Below, in pieces: positions 27,444 through 40,190 of a stretch of 64,000 nt of DNA. This stretch comes from the human T2T-CHM13v2.0 reference genome, Homo sapiens. Under the pieces are notes generated by a model. The model saw only the letters and a list, made by a program, of their open reading frames with translations, ran no database searches and was not told the origin of the DNA. Location of the stretch: contig CP068257.2 of assembly GCA_009914755.4 (NCBI GenBank), positions 39,424,001 through 39,488,000 on the forward strand, given 5' to 3'. The position numbers and the translations under genes are program-made. Within the stretch, counting starts at the first letter, position 1; every line of letters starts with the position of its first letter.

Positions 27444-29505
27444 TCATGGCAATCTAGCCCCATCTGCCCTACCTGTGCCTTAAACAATTGGAGGGGATGT
27501 CCCCTGGATACTCTCCAAATGCCACCCTCACCTTCCCAGCAGAAATGGCAAGTCTAGAAAATTGCCTCCTAAAGCTAATTCTGACATAATGAAAAGTAAA
27601 TACAAATGTATCCATTTTCCTCTGGCTTCTCTTCTTGATTTCTATCAGACCTCGAGAGATTCTGTAAAGACCCTGGCCAGCATTCACTGGTGTGGATCAT
27701 TTAACTACCGTTGTGTTTAACTATCATTGTCCCAAAACATAACTTGATAATTTGGGGCTGCCCAATAAAATTTTAACAATCTTACCTTTCTTTGCTCTAA
27801 AAAATAACAGCAAAAAAAAAAATAAATAAAATAACTAAACCAGATTTGTTATTTGAAGAAAGGGAAGGGAAAAAATGAAGAAATCACTTAAAATATAGAT
27901 ATTTGAAAGTATGGTTGGGGAAACTAGCATCCAAACCATTTGTATTAGAATTATAGTATTTTCCACTTAAAGAAGTGAGACAAGTTAATTGCATAGTTAC
28001 CATAAAATAAACTACATGGTAATTACACAGAAACTCCTTTAGAAACCATAGTAATTACACCGAACTGAAGCCTTCTAAAATAGACCAAGAGTTACCAAGT
28101 TCACACACAATGGAAAGATGTTTAACCTGTTCGCCGACTACTTGATGTGAACAGAGCACGGCCAGTGACTTTTGATGCCCGCTTCTGGAGATAATGACTT
28201 TTAAATACAGATGTCTTTCTAGAAATGGTCCCTAGCACAATATTTCCTTTCAACAAATGGGAGAAAAAGCTCAGTTACCCACTGCCAGGCAGCAGGAAAG
28301 TTGACAGTAATTTGCCGTCTGAGGGAGGTGACAGTCCTAAAAGGGAAATATTAACAGTCTCGATTTTAGAAAGGAGCTTTTGGTTGCTAGCTCACATTTA
28401 CATACTGTATGTCGAACCTGAAAGGAAGCTATGTTCGAATAGAAATGGCTCTGCTGAGAAGTGAATGGTACAGTATATTTTGTATAGAAAAAGCAATTTT
28501 CTTGGGAATTAAAAGGCCTGTTATGCAGTCCCTGCCCAAAAGGCTCAAAACAATCACCTTTTGTCATTCTGTTTTACACAAGCCAAATTATTCAGCTGGC
28601 AAAGTAAAAGGGGAGGGAGATAAAATACACGGGTGAGGGAGATTGTCATCCCCCAAGAAACTTGGTAGAACGCAAAGGTCTGGGAAATAGGCTGTAGGAA
28701 TCCTGGGCTCTTAGCATGCGGTGTTGTTTGGAGGTGACTAGCTAACTGTTAGGAGTGATTTTATCCAAAAGGTGGAAGTCTGTCTCCTGGTGTCCTTAAG
28801 TCATGGGGATTAAGGTTCCGGAAGAAGCAATTCCAGGGTTTCTAATGGTCCCCGGAGTTTCTCGGCACAGAGCTCAGCCTCCTGCTGCCCTCCCCAAGGC
28901 GAGACGGGGCTCAACAGGCCTGTCTACAAACGGCCTTGCCGCTGCTGCTCTGCTCCTTGCAGGGCCTCCACACTGGCCGCAGCCCAGGATCCAGATGACA
29001 TCAGGACTAGATTCCGAATCAGCTGCCAAGGCTGTTGTGAATTTAATTTCATAGACATTGTTCTGCTAAGTTGATGCCAGGACAGATGATGGGTATGAGA
29101 GCAAGAAATGAGATTAGCGATGAGCAAAACCAGACGAAGGGGAAAAGAGAAATTTCTAATTGCACATAACTTAAACCTCATTTGCGTTCCACTCTGACGC
29201 AGCCAGGCCAACTCCAAACCCACAGAGATGTGTTTAGTGCAAACATACTTCTGTTAAACCCTGACCTGAGTCCTCGCTGTCTGTTACACACAAACACAAA
29301 GTGTCATTGTGTCTAGAGGGCTGTGGGCATCTCTGCTAAGAGGTGCAATCATTAAAGGCAGAGAACTGTCTCCCACTTCATTTTCCTAGCTCCATAAACA
29401 TTTGTTGACTGAATAAATGAGTGCCTGGGTCTGAGCAGAGATCTACTAGAAGTCACCACAGAATGTCACAACCTGGAGCCAAAAGACTGCATGATCTCAA
29501 CTCGG

Positions 29506-29998
<493 letters not shown>

Positions 29999-30526
29999 AA
30001 AAAAACGAAGACTGTGTGATCTGTTAAGGGAAAGACAGCTGCAAAGTTGTCTTGCTCCTAAATGTATGACAATCAAAAAAACCAGAGTTGTTACAATTAG
30101 TTAGAATCCTGAGATAAGGAGCATTTTAGAGTTGTAATCTTGCAGAGTCATGCAGTGACTGGCAGCGATAAGAATTCAGCATTCCAGATGTTTTTTCAAC
30201 ACTTCTGTCCACCACGCTGCTTAGGGCTTCATTCACAATTGCTCCATTTCAACATGCCATGTGTCTGAAGTCTATGCAGTCATCATCCCTCAGAAAGACT
30301 CGTGGTTCTGCATGTGTCTAGGATAGACTGACACTAACTTGACTTGCCTATTACTGTTCTAGAGTGGTTGCTAGTTAAAATGATTGCCATGAAACTTCTC
30401 AAGATAGACTGCCAGGGAAACATGTTACATCAACCATGTTCTTGAGTAAGAATGTAAATGAATACATTCCCTATTCCAGGGACATATGAGGTAGACCTTA
30501 GCCCTAACACAGCAGGGGTTTTGCAC

Positions 30527-30768
30527 CAGGAAAGCCACAGAGCAGACAGACGGTCTTGGAGTTCCTCCCAGCATCACCTCGGACTTTGTCTGGGCCGTGC
30601 TTGCTTTAGTCTCTCCGCCATGAGCCTGTGCGTAAACCTCGGTCTCTCACATCCACAGAGGTCAGGTCTTTGCCCAGACAGCAGGAGGCAACCCATCGAC
30701 AGAGGCCTGGACCAGATGGTCACCGTGTCTCAGCGGGACCTGTTATCCCCTGTGCATCCAACCAGATC
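30527..30768 (-). repeat. Right copy of the inverted duplication
   Basis: GACGGTCTTGGAGTTCCTCCCAGCATCACCTCGGACTTTGTCTGGGCCGTGCTTGCTTTAGTCTCTCCGCCATGAGCCTGTGCGTAAACCTCGGTCTCTCACATCCACAGAGGTCAGGTCTTTGCCCAGACAGCAGGAGGCAACCCATCGACAGAGGCCTGGACCAGATGGTCACCGTGTCTCAGCGGGACCTGTTATCCCCTGTGCATCCAACC. Confidence 0.9.
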
Positions 30769-31394
30769 CCATAAGAAGGCAGCCTTCTCACCCAGACCTA
30801 GATTGGACCAAGTGTGTGGACTCTACTTGATACATTGAAATGTTCAATGTATTTTAAACAACTAATCTCAATATGTTATTGAATTCCCAAGAACCTCTTT
30901 GGTGAAATTGATTTTGTAAGCCTCACACGCCCTGGGGGTGCCCCGCCACCCCATTTAGAAGGAACAGGGTGGCTGGTGGGTGATGCAGGGGTCTTGGCCA
31001 CACCTGTGTCTTTGTCTTGTCATTGGAAAAGTGGAGATGATGGCAGAGCCTCCCTCTCAGGCTCAGTGGAAGGACTAATGAGAGAAAATATGCATCCGGT
31101 GAAGAAATAAGTGCCCAACCAATGTTACCTCTTATCACTATGAACTGCAGCTGAGGAATCTAAGTTCCGGGGACGGGGCCAAAAACGCAGCAGGAGGATC
31201 ACGGGGCTAAGAAGAAGATTCCTACCTGCCAAATCTCAGGGCCGTGGGGAAGTGCTAGCAGTTCACAAAGCAACTCAGGGCCCTGCTCAGAAGTGAGTTT
31301 TTTCCTTTTCCCCCTGGAGGAATAAGCAGATTTTAGGTGATATACAAAGACAATCACATTTTGGAAAGCAAACCCCGGGACATTGTGCAAATAT

Positions 31395-31623
31395 GCACAC
31401 ACATTCATATACACATACAACACACACACACAACACACACACATACATACACACACAACACACACATACATACACACACAACACACACACATACATACAC
31501 ACATACAACACACACAACACACACAAATACAACACACACACATACATACACATATACAACACACAATACACCCACACACACATACATACACACATACAAC
31601 ACACACAACACACACACACACAC
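31395..31623. repeat. Complex (CA)n/(CATA)n/(CAA)n purine-pyrimidine alternating repeat, ~230 bp
   Basis: ACACACATACAACACACACACAACACACACACATACATACACACACAAC... read directly; produces the Cys/Val-rich and His/Thr-rich ORFs 31199-31724. Confidence 0.95.
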
Positions 31624-32589
31624 ATGTATACAGAGGTACGTTTTACATGTTTATATTTTCTAATGTAAAGGCAACATCAACTGTAGAAAATTTGAAAAAT
31701 ATTGAAATGTATGACAATAATTAGAAGCTACTCATAATCGCATAATCTCAACATCAGGAAAATTCGCAGTCGACATTCTGGGAGTTTTCCCCTAAACACA
31801 TGGATATTTTGGGACAATAGCCCTATCCATACATCTTTGTATAATATCCTTCTTTTGTTGATGTGCCACTTCAAGAATTTACTCGGTTTTACAAGACAAA
31901 ATTTTAAAGACAGAGAAAATCTTCCCATGCTACCATATGTATTTTTCCTCTTTAGGGGTTTTATAGTCTGACACACAAAAGTCACCATTCAGAACCCTAA
32001 GTGCATGGGGTCAGTCCCTCTCAGCCACGTCGAGACTTTAATACCAGAGACATGGACAGGCGATACCTCCTCCCCAGGACCAAGGACTGAGTGATCTTGA
32101 TGGTGAAGAGGTGACTGAATTCTTCAAATGGGCACTGCATACAATCAGGTCCACAGGGATGCAGGATGGGCAGGCATCCCATCTGTGCCCAGTCTGGGGG
32201 CAGTGGAGCCAAGTTGGCTACCTGAAAGCATCAACCTTGATGGCAGGAGGCTCAGTGTCCCCACAGAGATGCAGTCCCGGTTCGGGCTCTCCAGGAGGCA
32301 GGCTCCATCTTTCCCGTGTCTGCCCAGAAATCTCTGCTCCTATGTCACCCGACATTCTGTTGCTTGGTAACTAGAGCACCTAATTATTCTACTAGGAGGT
32401 CAAAGAAATGCCAGCAACCCCATTACATAGACCCAAGAAAGTCAGACATAAGGCATTCATTTGCATAAGAGAACTTTATTTTTCAGCTAGAGATAGGAAA
32501 GAAAGAGACTCCAAAGTTCAGTGTATTTTTGCTAATACGAAAGCAAGATGACCTGGAAAATAAAGTGCAGTACAAAAAAAAAGTGACGA

Positions 32590-32900
32590 AAAGCAAGTTA
32601 GAAGAGGTTTTTGGTGTTTGATTTTTGGTTTTTGTTTTTAATTCCTGAAATTGTTCATAGACAAGGAGTAGTGAATGGTCAAGGAGGGAAAGTACTTTTT
32701 CATCATTGAGAAGAGAAAATGCTTTTTAAAAATCTGTTAGATAATGAGTTGTTTTCTAGTAAAGATTTCTTAAAGATCATGGGGTTTTTTTGGTTTGAAT
32801 TTTGTTTTTTTGTCATTTTTGTTTTTGAGTGGAGTTTTCTTTTTAACTAATTCTAGGTTATCAGGTTTAAAAATAATAGAGTTGTTTTTTACGTTTTTTG
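32590..32900. repeat. T-rich low-complexity region ((G)TTTTT-type)
   Basis: Repeated GGTTTTTGGTGTTTGATTTTTGGTTTTTGTTTTTAATT and TTTTGTTTTTTTGTCATTTTTGTTTTTGAGTGGAGTTTTCTTTTT. Confidence 0.7.
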
Positions 32901-33514
32901 TTGACAATATCTGTGTGTTTTTATCTGACTCTCTGTGGCTATAATTGCCAGAGTTTCATTTCCTAAAGAATTCTTCCTTTTACTCTTGGTTGTTTGCTAA
33001 AAATATCCCAGCTGCCTGTAGACAATGGGCATGGCTGCCGCCTAGCCAGCCCCCTGCCAGTGGAGTGTTCTGCTATTCATAGCTAGGTCCTCTTCAGACA
33101 CGTGAAGACTGGAGGTCCTGATTTCTATGTCTTCTCTAAGTAATGCCATGAGTGACTGCAGGGGCTTTGGAGAAACATTTCGCGTTCCCAGCCATACCCA
33201 TCTCTAGATAGATATGACTCGCTCCACACCATTCCAGAGTCGAGAAATGCTCTCTCATTTCCTGATTGTCTCCCAGTCAAATTTCACACCAACGTTGCAG
33301 CACACCATGGGCCTCTGCCTGCCTTGAGTGGTATTGGATACCCCAGAACCGCCCATCCCGTTTAAAATACCCCAAAAATGCTGCTAACTGCCCCCTGGAA
33401 CCAGAAAAGCTCGGAAGCAAAGAACGAGGCGGGCTGGGAGAGAGGGGAGAAAGATTGTTCCTTGAGAATTCCGTTCACCGATGAAAACTGGCGAAAAAAT
33501 TAAACAGCTCCCAT

Positions 33515-33740
33515 GTTGCTGGGCTCCCGCGTTCCTTACGTCACCCGGCGCTCTTTCTTGGTGCGTGCTGGCTGACTTGCTCTCCGCACCTGCTCTGGAC
33601 CAGCGCTCCTCCCGGGTCTGCGCATCCGCGGGGAGCGGGAGGCCCGGAGCTGCAAGGGTCGGTCCGCTCGCGCCCTCTGCTGGCATTGAGGAGTCACGAC
33701 CTGGTCGAACCGGCCACTTGGACCTGAGTTGCTCGGTGTT
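33515..33740. promoter_or_regulatory. Compact CpG island (candidate promoter) with CRE/ATF-like TTACGTCA (33536-33543) and a GC box GAGGCGGGC (~33428)
   Basis: About 25 CpG in ~230 bp with high GC (CCCGCGTTCCTTACGTCACCCGGCGC...CTGCGCATCCGCGGGGAGCGGGAGGCCCGGAGC...GGTCCGCTCGCGCCC...GTCGAACCGGCC), in contrast to the CpG-depleted surroundings. Confidence 0.5.
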
Positions 33741-33849
33741 GTCCTCAGGGCCATTTCACCCAAAACCTCCTGTTCATTTTGAAGGCTTATCATAGCCCAG
33801 ACATATCCCCTATGGCTGAAAGAATGCAGGAAATAATTAATTGGAAAGC

Positions 33850-34300
33850 ACATGTGAAAAATAACATACACAGGATGGTGGGGCTGCACCATCAATGTGA
33901 ATGCACTTAATGCCACTAAACCGTACACTTGAAAATGGTTAAAAAGGTAAATTGTAGGGCTGGGCATGGTGACTCATGCCTGTAATCCCAACACTTTGGG
34001 AGGCTGAGGCGGGCGGATCACTTAAGGTCAGGAGTTCGAGACCAGCCTGGTCAACAGGGTGACACCCCATCTCTACTAAAAATACAAAAATTATCTGGGC
34101 ATGGTCGCGGGTGCCTGTAACCCTAACTACTAGGGAGACTGAGGCAAGAGAATCACTTGAACCCAGGAGGCAGAGGTTGCAGGGAGCTGAGATCATACCA
34201 CCACACTCAAGCCTGGGCGACAGAGCGAGACTTTGTCTCAAAAAAAGAAAAAAAGTAAATTGTATGTTGTGTACATTTTACCACAATTATATATATACAC
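33850..34300 (+). mobile_element. Ancient L1 (L1M-type) 3'-terminal fragment, split by the Alu at 33958
   Basis: GGATGGTGGGGCTGCACCATCAATGTGAATGCACTTAATGCCACTAAACCGTACACTTGAAAATGGTTAAAAAGGTAAATTGTA|Alu|TGTTGTGTACATTTTACCACAATTATATA matches the mammalian-wide L1 3' end (...AATGTACTTAATGCCACTGAACTGTACACTTAAAAATGGTTAA..GGTAAATTTTATGTTATGTGTATTTTACCACAAT). Confidence 0.6.
33958..34245 (+). mobile_element. Full-length Alu
   Basis: GGGCTGGGCATGGTGACTCATGCCTGTAATCCCAACACTTTGGGAGGCTGAGG...poly-A; ~15 bp target-site duplication AAAAAGGTAAATTGTA / AAAAAAGTAAATTGTA. Confidence 0.95.
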
Positions 34301-34594
34301 ATATGATGCCAATGAGGGCATGTGAAAAGAAGAGCAATTGTGCTGACACATCTAATGTGCTGCTCCCAATCCACTTGAAGCCTTCTTCTTTCCCCTGGCC
34401 ACGGAGAAGTCACAGTCGGTGCCCAGGGCTGGTTCCTGGGTAGGGAGGGTGATGGGGTACAGAAAAGGTAGCCCAGGGCCTCAGGGGGGGCCTGGGCAAA
34501 GTGTGGTGGTCACACAGCAAAAACTGCCCCCTCCCTCCCCATGTCATTCTCCACCTCCCTCCTCACTCTCCCCAGAGTGTACGAGAGAGACTCA

Positions 34595-34945
<351 letters not shown>

Positions 34946-35379
34946 AATGTATGTTTAATCCTTCAATCCCCTCCTTTTCAAAGTTCAGTGTGGTGAGGAA
35001 GATTGGAAAGTGGAGAGGCGCCCTGAGCAAGCTGAGAGAAGGGGCACAGGGGCAGCCATCACCCCACACACAGAGTCACCCAAAGACATTCACTCCAACA
35101 GGAAAACTCCAAAACTTGAGTCCAAAATCCAAACCAGAAAATAAAATGGACCGTGCTGTATAAACAACAAAAGACAAGCTTCTCTCTCTCCCGTCTATCT
35201 GTGTCAAGCTCTCTGGAGGAAATGGACGCTCGCTAGGAGGAAAAGAAGGATGGAGGGAGAGGTAGGAAGAGACAGTATGATGAGGGACAGAGTAGAAGAG
35301 AACTGGGCAGCCTGCCCGCCTGGAACCCACTGTCTAGCTTCCCACCGCAGACTCAAGGGATGCTCGCGGCTAAGAGCCT

Positions 35380-35715
35380 CAAGGGATGTCGGGGCTAAGA
35401 GCCCGCTCTGCCCGGGTTTGGGCAGAAGGTGGACCTGTACATTCCAGACCCAGCAGGCAGGCCCATCAGGGAGTGTGGTGTGTGCACTGTGCAAGCCATT
35501 GGGGGTTTTAATATGTGCTATATATCAAGGGATATATAGCACATGTTATATATGTGCTCAAGGGATGGTCGGGGCCAAGAGCCCACTCTGCCCGGGTTTG
35601 GGCAGAAGGTGGACCTGTACATTCCAGACCCAGCAGGCAGGCCCATCAAGGAGTGTGGTGTGTGCACTGTGCAAGCCATTGGGGGTTTTAACATGTGCTA
35701 TATATCAAAGGGAAA
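35380..35715 (+). repeat. ~180 bp tandem duplication joined through a small palindrome
   Basis: Unit GGGATG(G)TCGGGGC.AAGAGCCC.CTCTGCCCGGGTTTGGGCAGAAGGTGGACCTGTACATTCCAGACCCAGCAGGCAGGCCCATCA.GGAGTGTGGTGTGTGCACTGTGCAAGCCATTGGGGGTTTTAA.ATGTGCTATATATCAA occurs twice (~97% identical); the junction contains GTGCTATATAT-CAAGGG-ATATATAGCAC. Confidence 0.9.
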
Positions 35716-36654
35716 AATGTAAACCACCAAACCATCTCTCAATTTATTCCTTTATAGCAGTCCACATTTTAAACTCTAAATGTAAACATGTAGCCTCCAA
35801 ATATGGTACTATTCTTTTTAAAAAAGAAAAGAGAAATTTGGCAAGAGCCTAGTAAATTGACATCTTGCACAGGAACTCATATTTGTTGTCTGTCAACACC
35901 ACGGTCTGGAGCATTCATTAAAGTTAAACTAAAGACCTTAACGGGAATCTCTGGGCCATGTGGAAAGGAGCTTCCAGAACGACCAGCAGAGTGCTGCAGG
36001 CTTGCAAACTGGGTCTCCAGCACCCTACAGAGACAGCAAGGCGCCCCCGAGTGGTGGCACATGTCCACAGTGGTGATACAGCCAGCCACGTTTGCTAAGA
36101 CAGACCCCGCCTCAAACATGTGGGGTCTCCACATTCCACTTAATCCTGCCTCCCTCTTAAGCTACAGACCTTTCACAAACTATGTGGAATAGCATAGCAT
36201 CTCCTATAACAGCAAGTTTACGATCATATTTGCTGCATTTGATTTGGAAGGGTTTATGCCTTATAGATGAGCCTCACATTTAATTGATGAAACCCATGTT
36301 TCCGAAGCACATTGAAGAACTATATTTTTATGGAGATGTTTGATTCAGGAAACATCTGTTGAGAACGTGTCAGGCCTAGGCACAGGATCAGTCATCTGTG
36401 CAAAGCTGCTAGAGCTGTTAGTCCAAACCAGTCCTGAGAAAGAAAGATTTGTCTTCTTACTTTGTGATCCAGCTCCTTTTCAGTCCTCATTCCAGACTTT
36501 GAGGGTAGTTAACATCGATTGTCAGCTTCCTCCAGGTAACAAGGAAGCTGATTCCTGGGGGGTGCCTCACAGAGCTTAACAAAATTTCACCAGCTAAATC
36601 CAATCTACAGAGAGAGGTACACAGAGAACATCAATGTAAAGCTCTTATTACACT

Positions 36655-36745
36655 TTAATTTTTTAAAGTAAGTTTTTAAAATTATTTTTAAATATATTTA
36701 TTTTAAAAATTATTTTAAAAAATTTATTTATAAATATTTATTTTA
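36655..36745. repeat. AT-rich low-complexity repeat (TATTTATTTTAAAAAT units)
   Basis: TTTTAAAATTATTTTTAAATATATTTATTTTAAAAATTATTTTAAAAAATTTATTTATAAATATTTATTTTAAAAATC. Confidence 0.85.
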
Positions 36746-37379
36746 AAAATCACTAAAACTTTTTAACAATTCCTCAGATGTATTTTGATATTCTATTTCG
36801 GTCTTTCATTCATTCAACAAACCTTTTTTGAACACCGACATTGCAGATACTTTTCAGGGAAAGAACAAGATAGAGCCCCTGACCTCACTGGGGACAGGCA
36901 AGGAAATGTGTAGTGCAGTCATAAAATTTTGGAGAAAACTTAAAGGGGAAAACATTCTGGGTGAGGGAGCACACTAGTTTGATTTTTTAAACAGCATTTC
37001 CAGAGAGTCCTCCTTTTAAGGTGACATTTGCACAAAGACTTGAAGGAGTGTCTCTTTTTGTTCAGGAACACTTTGTAGATATACATAATTTGTCAGCACA
37101 TATTCAGTGAGAGATATGGGAACACAATGATTAGGGGTGTAGAGGCCTGCCCCACAGAGCTCGCAGTGCCACGGGGATGAGGAACGGACAGCAGGCAATT
37201 ACAGCCGCCCAGCATGAGTGTATGAGGGCTGCATTCCAGGTGCCGGCTGAACCCACAGGTAGGCGTCTAACCCAGAACAGGTGGGTTCTAGATGCTGGGA
37301 ATGCTGCAGTGATGAAAACAGACAAAAATCCCTTGTTTTCAAGGAGGTCACTTTCTACTGAATAGGAAATATATGTAAC

Positions 37380-37544
37380 TCTATCTCTATCAATATGCAC
37401 ATATCTTTAATCTTTATCAATCTGTGTATCTGTCACCTATATCTATGTGTATCTATCCTTATCTATTTCTACACTATTTATATCTCTATCTAGCTATATA
37501 TCTATATCCCTTTATCAATCTATACTTATTTTTCTATTTCTTTC

Positions 37545-37560
<16 letters not shown>
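37380..37560. repeat. Degenerate (TATC/ATCT)n-like low-complexity region; continues on the far side of the Alu at 37862-37930
   Basis: CTATCTCTATCAATATGCACATATCTTTAATCTTTATCAATCTGTGTATCTGTCACCTATATCTATGTGTATCTATCC...; a similar block 37862-37930 means the Alu inserted into this tract. Confidence 0.8.
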
Positions 37561-37862
<302 letters not shown>

Positions 37863-39879
37863 TATATTTTTATCTATTTGTGCATATCTATATATCTACA
37901 CTTCTATGTCTATATCTATCTATGACAGCCAGTCTTCAAGAATTATAATTTATCAAGGGGAATGGGAACATATCTATACCGGAACTTGTCCATACAGGCA
38001 CGTGCCTATCATTCAAAGCAGAATTATGGACCCTCAAAAGAAAAGTAAAAATGCAATAAGCTTCCAAAGGAAAGAAACACGTATTCAGTGAGGACCTCAG
38101 GAAACACCTAACAACACGTAGCCAGTAGAGATGGAATGAAGAACACAGGAAACATAAGGCTGTACTTGGAAAAGGCGAGACTCCCAGGCGGCCTCACGCA
38201 TCAGCTGTTGAGCTGGGACTTCCTCACTTTCCTCGTACTAGAATCACTTCCTTGTACTGGAACACAGAAAACCTGGAGCCAGATGACAGTATGGACCACA
38301 GTGATGCTGAGAAGCCCTGGGCCCCTCTGTCCCACGCTAGGCCCCAAACACAAAGCTAATGACAAATATTTATAAAAGACAACATGACTGTGGCAGCTAC
38401 TCCCAGACCCAGATACATTTTTGCTTAATGCTCTGAATAAAAACTAAAAAACCAGGGTATCCGCAATGGAACTAAAGTTTCCTGCAAAAGAATAAAAAAT
38501 TCTATTATCCTCATGTAAAAAAATAAAAGAAAAAATGTTACTATTTTGTGATTTAATGTCAACTTAAAATATCATTTAATTGAAAATTATGGAATTTGTT
38601 ATTTTATCCAGACTCAGACACCTCATCAAATCAGTATTTGACTTGTCAATATTGGTTTAATTGCAAATATAATGGGTAAAAATTCCTAAGATTATATAAA
38701 ATATATATTCCCAAATTATATAAAACCCCATCTCTTCTTAAAATAGCGCTGGGAGATTTTCTGCATCTCAGTCAGAGTTTAGCTGAGTGGGCCTCTAAGA
38801 AATGTTTGTTGAAAATGCAATGATTCAATTAGAAATTTCATCGCAATCTTTGAGACAAGTGTAAAAAGGCTGAGAAATTTTGAAGAAAGCAGGAAAATAT
38901 AGAAACCATCTGGAAATCTTAAATAGACGACAGTAATTATTCAGCTGTTTAGAAACAAGTCCTAACAAGAAAACTTGAAGCTGGTCTCTCATTTTCTGCT
39001 AAAATAATTGCTTGTTTTGAAATCTTACAGTTTGGAGTTTTATAATATCACTAACAGCCAACGTCCCCGCTCCCTATGACAGATCCCATATGGCAAGTCA
39101 CGGGTTCACATTTAGAGAACTTCAGGATCCTTGTCCTAAACATTCGACTCACCCCCAAACACTGCTGCTGAGCCCCTCTTTGTAATGGCTTGACTGCTGT
39201 TCATTCTCTTACTCTTCATTGCTTCACTCAACTTCCAGAGGCTGAAGTTTCTTCCCCCGCCTGTAGGCCAAGTCTCATCCCGAGTCCCAGAACTATCCTG
39301 GTTCCAGTACAAGGGAAGTGAGAAAGTCCCAACTCAACAGCCGATGAGCCTGGACTCCAGGTCAGTTTCTCGAGCACCCTCCCCAGTGTCTGAACCAAGG
39401 CGAGCCCTCCTGAGTGTTGCTGACTCAACATAAATGCACAAGTAAAGGTCCTCCCTTATTGGGTTCCTAGAACTAAGTCCAGCCTCAACCCAGTTTCCTC
39501 AGAATTGCAGCTCCTTGGACACTCCAGGTGGGTCTGTGAATTGCAACACCATGGATCTTTCCCTGAGGGCAGGTTCCCCACAACCTGTACCCAAACTTTC
39601 CTTGCATTCATGCTTTGCTCATGCTGAAAAATATATCTTCTGCTAAACTTCCCTACATCAACAGCACCCATTCCCCAGGCCTGTTGGGTCGAATGGCATC
39701 TCTGGCCTCAACTCTGTTCTTCCCTAGCCCCTTCCCTGGGAGTTTATGTCTTGGCTTGGCGTCCTGGCCCCGACATAAAAACTCTTCTCATTTGCATGCT
39801 AACCATAATATTGATAGCAGTACGAGGCAAATTCCTAGGCAGAAAGGGTGGGTCCCCCTTGAAACCCAACCTTCAAGCC

Positions 39880-40190
39880 AAAAACAGCGTAAAGCCTGAA
39901 AACTGGGCTGCCAGTTCTGGGTGAAGTCCATGACCCAGAGTGAGAACTTCCTAGATGCCTTTTAGCCAGTCAAATGGTGCTTTTTCCAGGCCTGACCATG
40001 GACCAATCAGCATGCACTCCTGCATTCTGAACCCATAAAAAACCCCGGACTGGGAACTACCTGCCGCCTTCAGGTAGGGTCTACCCACTGCGGGTCCCAT
40101 CTCCACTGAGAGCTGTTCTGTCGCTCAATGAAACTCTTCTCTGCCTTGCTCACTCTCTGGTGGTCTGTGTAACCTCATTCTTCTTGGACG
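39880..40190 (+). mobile_element. ERV1-class solitary LTR (MER41-like), U3-R-U5 signals present
   Basis: CCAATCAGCATGCACTCCTGCATTCTGAACCCATAAAAAACCCCGGACTGGGAACTACCTGCCGCC...GCTCAATGAAACTCTTCTCTGCC...CTCTCTGGTGGTCTGTGTAACCTC: CCAAT box, TATA-like CATAAAAAA and an AATGAA poly-A-signal variant; resembles the remembered MER41 LTR consensus (CCAATCAGCGCGCAC...CATAAAAACCCCGGACTC). The 5' boundary may lie upstream, near 39600. Confidence 0.45.

Noticed and set aside
31199-31724. Cys/Val-rich and His/Thr-rich overlapping ORFs (metallothionein-like appearance)
   Set aside because: Translation of the (CA)n/(CATA)n complex repeat in different frames and strands, not genes.
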